Below, piece by piece: positions 57,547 through 64,000 of a stretch of DNA of 64,000 bases (the stretch's first letter is position 1; every line of letters begins with the position of its first letter). The notes beneath the pieces are model-generated. The model worked only from the letters and a program-made list of their open reading frames with translations. It searched no databases and had not been told where the DNA came from. The stretch is from an uncultured Planctomycetota bacterium (GTDB lineage Bacteria; Planctomycetota; Planctomycetia; Gemmatales; Gemmataceae): contig CAWKHF010000005.1 in assembly GCA_963849325.1 (NCBI GenBank), positions 64,001 through 128,000 of the forward strand, in the 5' to 3' direction. The translations under genes and the position numbers were made by a program.

Positions 57547-58326
57547 ATGCGCCGTACCCTGGGAGTTGGCATCGCGGTCCTGCTGCTGGCGTCGTCGGTC
57601 CGGCCCTGGCGGCCGAGACGAAACTCAAAACGACGGAGACCACCATCAAATCCGGCGATGAGGAGATCAAAGCGTTCCTCGCCGAGCCGGAGGGCAAAGG
57701 CCCGTATCCCGCCATCGTCGTCATCCAGGAGTGGTGGGGACTGACCGACTGGATCAAGGACAACGCCAAACGCCTAGCGGCGCAGGGCTACGTCACGCTG
57801 GCGCCGGACCTGTATCGCGGCAAGGTCGCCGAGGACATGAAGACGGCCAGCGAGCTGCGCAAGGGCATGCCGCACGATCGCGCCCTGCGCGACCTCAAGG
57901 CGGCGGTCGATACGCTGGCCGCCAAGGGCAACGTGGACAAGGGACGGATCGGCTCCATCGGTTGGTGCATGGGCGGCGGCTACTCGTTGCAGACTGGCGC
58001 TGCACGACCAGCGCATCAAGGCGTGTGCCATGTGCTACGGGGCCGTCGTGACCGACGCCGCCACGCTGGAGCCGTTGAACGCCACCATCCTGGGCATCTT
58101 CGGCGAGGACGACCGGGGCATCCCGCCGGCGCAGGTCCAGAAGTTCGAGGCGGCCCTCAAGCAGGCCGGCAAGAAGGTCGAGTCCATCAAGGAGTTCAAG
58201 GCCGGCCACGGCTTCATGCGCCCCGGCAACCCCGGCAGCAAGAACCCCGTCTACCGCGAAGCCGAGGCCAAGGAAGCCTGGCAGGACATCGACCGCTTCT
58301 TCGCCAAGGTGCTGCAAGGCAAGTAA
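57547..58326 (+). CDS. Dienelactone hydrolase family protein (frameshifted)
   Basis: IQEWWGL, APDLYRG, IGWCMGG, AGHGF. Confidence 0.9.
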
Positions 58327-58346
58327 GGTCGCGTCCAAGAATCAAT

Positions 58347-58417
58347 TCCGTTTAGCCGCGACGCGCAGCGGAGCGCGGGACAGACCCGCGCTCCGCTGCG
58401 CGTCGCGGCTAAACGGA
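58347..58417. repeat. REP-like palindrome (GTTTAGCCGCGACGCG family)
   Basis: tccgtttagccgcgacgcgcagcggagcgcggg / cccgcgctccgctgcgcgtcgcggctaaacgga. Confidence 0.9.
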
Positions 58418-58444
58418 GAACGTGTTCGTGTCATGGTCGAATTC

Positions 58445-59233
58445 ATGAGATATTTCTTTACTATTTTAATCGTTTTTCTGTCGCTCGGCTGTTCCTCATC
58501 CGCTCGCAAGGTTCGCGTGGTGGAGGGGCCTGGCGCGACAGCGGAGATGGTCTCGTACCGTTCGGGTGAGGAGAGCGTGCGCGGTTTTCTCTGTCGCCCG
58601 GAGGGCCGAGGGCCGTTTCCGGGCCTGATGCTGATCCACGACGATTTCGGACTGACCGACTGGGTGAAGGAACAGGCCAAACGCCTGTCCGATCAGGGGT
58701 ATGTCGTCCTGGCGGTCGATCTGTATCGCGGCGAGGTCGTCGCCGATCTGGAGGAGGCGCACATCATGGACCGCGGATTGCCGGAGGACCGCGTGTACCG
58801 CGACCTCAAGTCGGCGGTCGATTGCCTGGCAGCGCGGCGGGACGTGCGGGCCAAAACGCTCGGCGTCGTCGGCTGGGGCATGGGCGGCGGTTACGCCCTC
58901 GATGCGGCCATCCACGATCCGCGCCTGGGAGCGGTAGTGACGTGTTACGGCCGGCTGACAACCGATCCGCACGCGCTGGAACCTCTGAAAGCCTCGGTGT
59001 TTTGCGTCTTCGCCGGCAAGGACAAGGGCATCAGCCCCGAGACGATCGAGCAGTTCCGCGTCGCCATGAACAAGGCCGACAAACGCCTCGTCGGGATGCG
59101 CATGTACACGGCCTGTGCTCACGGCTTCCTCGACCCGGCGACATGGAAGACGCATGGGGTGCCGCCGGCCGACGACGTCAAGGATGCCTGGGGCCGGATT
59201 GACGATTATCTGGATAAGGCGCTGCATCAATAA
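58445..59233 (+). CDS. Dienelactone hydrolase family protein (paralog; GWGMGG replaces GWCMGG)
   Basis: IHDDFGL, VDLYRG, AHGF. Confidence 0.88.
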   Translation: MRYFFTILIVFLSLGCSSSARKVRVVEGPGATAEMVSYRSGEESVRGFLCRPEGRGPFPGLMLIHDDFGLTDWVKEQAKRLSDQGYVVLAVDLYRGEVVADLEEAHIMDRGLPEDRVYRDLKSAVDCLAARRDVRAKTLGVVGWGMGGGYALDAAIHDPRLGAVVTCYGRLTTDPHALEPLKASVFCVFAGKDKGISPETIEQFRVAMNKADKRLVGMRMYTACAHGFLDPATWKTHGVPPADDVKDAWGRIDDYLDKALHQ

Positions 59234-59272
59234 AGGTCGGCAATACACTGATCGTGGGAGGAGAGGAATTTC

Positions 59273-59527
59273 ATGGACATCAAGACAATCCCCCTGAGTC
59301 GCCTGGAAGCGGACCTGCGGGGAACGCTGAATGAGTGTGCCGACTCCGGGCAGGCGCTCGTTGTCGAACTGCCGGACCAGCGCTTGCTCGCTATCCAGCC
59401 TCTGGAGACGGCGGAGGACGACGATTTGGTCAGCGACCTGCTGGAATCGAACGCGGCTTTCCAAGCCCTTGTTGCCAAATCGAAGGCGAGTCCGCGTAAG
59501 CCATTCGCGGCGGATCACGGCGATTGA
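59273..59527 (+). CDS. Small hypothetical protein (orphan antitoxin-like)
   Basis: 84 aa with RBS. No toxin follows. Confidence 0.55.
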   Translation: MDIKTIPLSRLEADLRGTLNECADSGQALVVELPDQRLLAIQPLETAEDDDLVSDLLESNAAFQALVAKSKASPRKPFAADHGD

Positions 59528-59563
59528 CTCTGTTTCCCAAAGACCAAACTCAGGAGAAACGCA

Positions 59564-60529
59564 ATGACGCAGGCAGCGACCTTTCGCGGCAGGATTTACG
59601 ACGACATCACGCAGGCCATCGGCGCCACGCCGTTGATCCGGCTGCGCCGGGTGGTGGGCGACGCCCGCGCCACGGTCGTCGCCAAGATGGAGAACTTCAA
59701 CCCCCTGTGGTCGGTCAAGGACCGTATCGGCGTGGCCATGATTACGGCCGGCGAGCGCGACGGCCGAATCAAGCCCGGCACGACCATCATCGAGCCGACC
59801 AGCGGCAACACCGGCATCGGCCTGGCCTTCACCTGCGCCGCGCGCGGCTACAAGCTGATTGTCACCATGCCGGAGAGCATGAGTCTGGAACGCCGTCGTC
59901 TGCTCAAGGCCTTCGGCGCCGAGGTCGTGCTGACGCCCAAGGAGACCGGCATGAAGGGCGCCATCGAGAAGGCCAACGACATGCTCAAGACCATCCCCAA
60001 TTCATTCATGCCGCAGCAGTTCGAGAACCCGGCCAACCCCGAAGTGCATCGACAGACCACGGCCGAGGAAATCTGGGCCGACACCGACGGCAAGGCCGAC
60101 ATCCTCGTCTCCGGCGTCGGCACCGGCGGCACCATCACCGGCGTCGGCGAGGTCATCAAGAAGCGCAAGCCGAGCTTCAAAACCATCGCCGTCGAGCCGA
60201 CCGCCAGCCCGGTCATCATGCAGACGAAGAACCATCAGCCCCTCAAGCCCGGCCCGCACAAGATTCAGGGACTCGGCGCCGGCTTCATTCCCAAGGTGCT
60301 CAACGTCGAGATCATCGACGAGGTGATCCTGGTCAACGACGACGATGCTTTCGCCATGTCGCGTCGGTTGGCCCGCGAAGAGGGCATCCTGGGCGGCATC
60401 AGCTGCGGCGCCGCCGCCCACGCCGCCGTCCAGGTCGCCCAGCGCCCCGACAGCGCCGGCAAGCTCATCGTCGTCGTCCTGCCCGATCTCGGCGAACGCT
60501 ACCTGAGCACGGCGCTGTATCCCGAATAG
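59564..60529 (+). CDS. cysK: Cysteine synthase A
   Basis: [30 protein letters not shown]. Confidence 0.96.
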   Translation: MTQAATFRGRIYDDITQAIGATPLIRLRRVVGDARATVVAKMENFNPLWSVKDRIGVAMITAGERDGRIKPGTTIIEPTSGNTGIGLAFTCAARGYKLIVTMPESMSLERRRLLKAFGAEVVLTPKETGMKGAIEKANDMLKTIPNSFMPQQFENPANPEVHRQTTAEEIWADTDGKADILVSGVGTGGTITGVGEVIKKRKPSFKTIAVEPTASPVIMQTKNHQPLKPGPHKIQGLGAGFIPKVLNVEIIDEVILVNDDDAFAMSRRLAREEGILGGISCGAAAHAAVQVAQRPDSAGKLIVVVLPDLGERYLSTALYPE

Positions 60530-60538
60530 CAACCCTTC

Positions 60539-60605
60539 GTTTAGCCGCGACGCGCAGCGGAGCGCGCGAGAGTCTCTCGCGCTCCGCTGCGCGTCGCGGC
60601 TAAAC
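60539..60605. repeat. REP-like palindrome (GTTTAGCCGCGACGCG family), supplies the folD stop codon
   Basis: gtttagccgcgacgcgcagcggagcgcg / cgcgctccgctgcgcgtcgcggctaaac. Confidence 0.9.
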
Positions 60606-61454
60606 TCTTTTGGCGGATTGCAGTGTGTTGTACAGAAGCATGGTAATGGTCATCGGCCCGACGCCGCCGGGCACGGGTGTGATGGCCGAGGCCACCTCGC
60701 GCACCGCGGCGAAATCCACGTCGCCCGCCCACGAGCCATCCGACAAGCGGTGCATGCCCACGTCGATGACCACGGCGCCGGGCCGAACCATGTCCGCCTT
60801 CAGGAAGCGCAGCTGACCGATGGCGACCACGAGGATGTCCGCCGTCCGCGTCAGGGCGGCAAGGTTCTTGCTGCGGCTGTGGCAGACGGTGACGGTGGCG
60901 TCGATGCCCTTCTGCATGAGGATCAAACTCATCGGCTTGCCGACGATGTTGCTGCGGCCCAGGACGACGACGTGCGCGCCGGCTACGGGAATGTTGTTGC
61001 GGACAAGGAGCTGCAAAACGCCGTGCGGTGTGCAGGCGAGGAAGCGCGGCCGGCCTGCGGCCAGAAGACCGAGGCTGTGGGGACTGAAGCCATCAACGTC
61101 CTTGTCCGGCGAGACCGCATCGACAATCGCGGATTCATGGATGTGAGGCGGCAGCGGCAGCTGCACGAGAATGCCATGGACGGCGGGGTCGGCGTTGAGG
61201 CGGGCGATCAGAGTGAGAAGGTCCGCCTCGCTGGTGCTGGCCGGCATTTCGTGCAAGAAGCTGGCGAGGCCGGCCTTGTCGCAGGCGCGGCGCTTGTTGC
61301 GGACGTAGAGATGGCTGGCGGGATTGTCGCCGACCAGCACCGCCGCCAGGCCGGGCCGGACGCCGTGTACCCGCATCAGCTCCGCCGTCTCGGCGGCGAT
61401 CTCCGCTTGCATCGTCTGGGCCAGTTGTTTGCCATCCAGTAGTACGGCCGTCAT
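60600..61454 (-). CDS. folD: Bifunctional methylenetetrahydrofolate dehydrogenase/cyclohydrolase
   Basis: HGILVQLPLP, KDVDG, GRSNIVGKP, TPVPGGVGPMT. Confidence 0.97.
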   Translation of the reverse strand: MTAVLLDGKQLAQTMQAEIAAETAELMRVHGVRPGLAAVLVGDNPASHLYVRNKRRACDKAGLASFLHEMPASTSEADLLTLIARLNADPAVHGILVQLPLPPHIHESAIVDAVSPDKDVDGFSPHSLGLLAAGRPRFLACTPHGVLQLLVRNNIPVAGAHVVVLGRSNIVGKPMSLILMQKGIDATVTVCHSRSKNLAALTRTADILVVAIGQLRFLKADMVRPGAVVIDVGMHRLSDGSWAGDVDFAAVREVASAITPVPGGVGPMTITMLLYNTLQSAKRV

Positions 61455-61683
61455 GCGCGGTTCCTGAAATCGGTGAGCCGGCGGCGAATGGCTTGAGAAT
61501 AACGAAAGGGCGCGGCTGTGGCAAGAATGCGGTCGCTCTCACTCCTTTCCGAACGATGCCGGTTCCGGTTGGCATAAAGAATCGCTCTTGTTTTGCCGAC
61601 AGCAGGCCGATATGCCTGCTATCCGCTACCCGCCCCGAGACGCCATGCGGGGCGCTCGTTGGTCCCTCCAACCACGGGTAGAT

Positions 61684-62592
61684 ATGAGCACGACTTCACC
61701 TCCCCCCTTCGTGCCGGCCCGGACGGCCCTCGTCCTGGTATGGGGTCTCTGGTTGTCTTCCGCCGCCCAGGCCCAATCCTTCGGTCCCGGTTCCGATCTG
61801 TCTACCTGGGACCTCTCACAAGCTGCTTCGAGTAGCGCCGAGCCGACGCCGCTCCGTCGTATGCCGCACCTTCGCCTGTTCTGCATCGCGCCGGGCTTCC
61901 TCAACAATCCCGTCAGCATCCAGGACGACGACGCCACGCCGGCGCTGCCCGGCGTGCCGGGGCTGGGCGGTCCCTCGCCGCCGGCCGAGGCAGACAATGG
62001 CCCAGATTGGATTCAGTTCAACATGGGTACCGACAACCCGTACTTCGATTTGCGGCGACCCGGCGATCCCGGCGGCGTCGGCTACTACCGCGTCAACACG
62101 CAGGTCCAGCTGCTCGATTCGCCGACCACCGCCTGCACGATGGACTTGCAAGCGGTGACGCCGTCGGGCATCCAGTTCGCCGGCATGCCGGATGGACCGA
62201 CCGTGTTCAGTCCCGCCTTCAGCGTCTTCCACGCCCTGAGCGAATCCACGGCCGTGCAGGGGTTCGTGGCCAAGAACGTCGCCGTCAGCGGTGCCGACGG
62301 GCCGCGCCTGATCCAGCGCAATCTCCAGTGCGGCATGGCCGTGCAGCGACCGATCGTCGCCGATGGCCCAGAAGGCGTTCGCAGTCTGTTCCTGTCCGTG
62401 GGCGCGCTGGGGCAGGTCCGCCCGGAACGCGACAACTTGCAGCTGATGCCGACCTGTGACTTGCTGCCCGGCCTGCACTGGTATGTCAATGACAACTGGT
62501 GGCTTTCCAGCGCCGTGCTCCTGCCCATCGGCCCGACGACGCGCACCACGCCCGGCCAGCAGTGGCAGCTCACCTGCTCCGTTCGCTTCTAG
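61684..62592 (+). CDS. Secreted or outer-membrane hypothetical protein
   Basis: Signal peptide ending AQA, C-terminal Phe, beta-strand pattern. Confidence 0.65.
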   Translation: MSTTSPPPFVPARTALVLVWGLWLSSAAQAQSFGPGSDLSTWDLSQAASSSAEPTPLRRMPHLRLFCIAPGFLNNPVSIQDDDATPALPGVPGLGGPSPPAEADNGPDWIQFNMGTDNPYFDLRRPGDPGGVGYYRVNTQVQLLDSPTTACTMDLQAVTPSGIQFAGMPDGPTVFSPAFSVFHALSESTAVQGFVAKNVAVSGADGPRLIQRNLQCGMAVQRPIVADGPEGVRSLFLSVGALGQVRPERDNLQLMPTCDLLPGLHWYVNDNWWLSSAVLLPIGPTTRTTPGQQWQLTCSVRF

Positions 62593-62726
62593 CCTTCCCA
62601 ATAGAACGCCAACGTCCACGCCTAGATCCCACGGAAATTTTCTTGTATCCGGCGGCGGATCGGTCACGATGGCGGAAGGCCGCCTTCCCAGCCCGGAGCG
62701 TCCGCGACGGGTTGGTGAGGTGGAGA

Positions 62727-63485
62727 ATGGTGTTGGAGATCCCCTCCGTGTCTGTTCGCGTAAGCTGTCCGCATTGCCGGACGACGTGTCTGGTGGCCGA
62801 GCAACACCTCGGCAAGCCGGTCCAGTGCGGCCGATGCGCCCGCACCTTCACGACGCGCGGCGAACAAGCCGGGGCGGCGCCGGTGCGTCTGGACATCGGC
62901 GTCGCCACGTCGCCGGGACGGGTGCGGCCGCGCAACGAGGACAGCTTTCTCGTGCAGCATTTGGTCTGGTGCAACCTCGACCAACGTCACGAAGTGGCGG
63001 TACTGATTGTCGCCGACGGCATGGGCGGCGCCGTGGCGGGCGACCGGGTCCGTGGGTTGGTGATCCGCGCCGCCGGCGCCGCCCTGGCCCCGCTGCTGGC
63101 GGATGTCCTCAACGGCTCGGCCCAGGACGCCTCCGCCGTGTCGGAGGCCATCACCGCCTGCAAGGGCGTGGGCGCCGCGGTGGCCGTCGCCGTCGTCTGG
63201 GACGGTCGGGTTCATGTCGGCCGCGTCGGCGATTGCCGGGTCTATCAGCAGCGCGGCGGTCGGCTGACGCAAATCCTGCGCGATCAAACGCTGGTACTGG
63301 CCGCCGGCGATTGGCTCGTCCTCGCCTGTGATGGGCGGCACGCCCACCTCGACGAGAACGTCCTGCAAACGGAGATCGCCCGAGCGGTCCCTTCCGCCGT
63401 CCAGGTGGCCCAGCAACTGGTCGAGCGCGCCGACCAGCTCGGCGGCAGCGACAATTGCACGGTCGTCGTCGCGCGCTGCTATTGA
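62727..63485 (+). CDS. Zinc-ribbon plus PP2C-type phosphatase (possibly degenerate)
   Basis: CPHC/CGRC, RNEDS, VADGMGG, VGDCR, ACDG, DNCT. Confidence 0.82.
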   Translation: MVLEIPSVSVRVSCPHCRTTCLVAEQHLGKPVQCGRCARTFTTRGEQAGAAPVRLDIGVATSPGRVRPRNEDSFLVQHLVWCNLDQRHEVAVLIVADGMGGAVAGDRVRGLVIRAAGAALAPLLADVLNGSAQDASAVSEAITACKGVGAAVAVAVVWDGRVHVGRVGDCRVYQQRGGRLTQILRDQTLVLAAGDWLVLACDGRHAHLDENVLQTEIARAVPSAVQVAQQLVERADQLGGSDNCTVVVARCY

Positions 63486-63492
63486 CGAATTC

Positions 63493-63551
63493 GTTTAGCC
63501 GCGACGCGCCGCGGAGCGCGGAACACGCTCCGCGACGCGTCGCGGCTAAAC
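63493..63551. repeat. REP-like palindrome (GTTTAGCCGCGACGCG family)
   Basis: gtttagccgcgacgcg...cgcgtcgcggctaaac. Confidence 0.88.
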
Positions 63552-63572
63552 TCGAAATGAATTCGGCACGAC

Positions 63573-64000
63573 TTACTCCTCCGCCGTGAGCTGCACGAGG
63601 AAGGCGAGCTGTTCGAGCTGGACGGTGAGGTCCACGGACACGACGCTGACCGAGGACGGCAAGCGGAGCACTCGCGGCGTGAAGTTGAGCAGACCGCGAA
63701 CGCCGGCGGCGACGAGTGCCTCGGCCACGGCCTGCGCCGCCTCCGATGGGACCGTCAGCACGCCGAGTTCGGCCCTCGTCGCGGCGAGGACGAGGGGCAT
63801 CGCGTCCAGCGGAGACACCTCCAACCCTTCGACGCGCTGACCGACCTTGGCCGGGTCGGCGTCGAACAGGGCCACGAAACGGAAACCGCGTTCGATGAAT
63901 CCCTGGTAGCGGAGCAATGCCCGAGCCAGGTTGCCGACGCCCACGAGGGCGGCGGCCCAATCGCGGTCGAGTCCGAGAGCGCGGCGGATGGCCGCGATCA
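63573..64000 (-). CDS. rex: Redox-sensing transcriptional repressor Rex (3' part)
   Basis: GVGNLARALLRY.GF, FDADPAKVG, GVRGLLNFTP, VDLTVQLEQL. Confidence 0.93.
   Translation of the reverse strand, partial: IAAIRRALGLDRDWAAALVGVGNLARALLRYQGFIERGFRFVALFDADPAKVGQRVEGLEVSPLDAMPLVLAATRAELGVLTVPSEAAQAVAEALVAAGVRGLLNFTPRVLRLPSSVSVVSVDLTVQLEQLAFLVQLTAEE

Overview
GC-rich bacterial DNA, almost certainly from a planctomycete (probably Gemmataceae-like, inferred from PSCyt/PSD1 plus DUF1501 pairs and ECF sigma factor / Ser-Thr kinase pairs). Many genes are split by single-base frameshifts, most likely long-read assembly errors. Bases 1-7.6 kb are a decaying chromosomal integron: a truncated intI, a putative attI and a minus-strand cassette array with three attC sites. 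Two of the attC sites are split at the same CT/AG dinucleotide. One is split by a complete IS1111-type IS110 element whose right-end noncoding region carries readable guide-like matches to the attC target (bridge/seekRNA-like). The other is split by a 241-bp structured insert with no transposase. The only intact attC lacks the guide-matching sequence. A second IS110 and an ISH3-type IS also lie in the array. The rest is mostly core and planctomycete-typical genes (yggS, two-component system, sulfatase, pckA, Gld-like ABC system, hisDCB, mqnD, DEAD-box helicase, cysK, folD, rex). These are interspersed with small toxin-antitoxin modules or remnants and several families of REP/MITE-like palindromes, one of which lies in frame inside a kinase gene.
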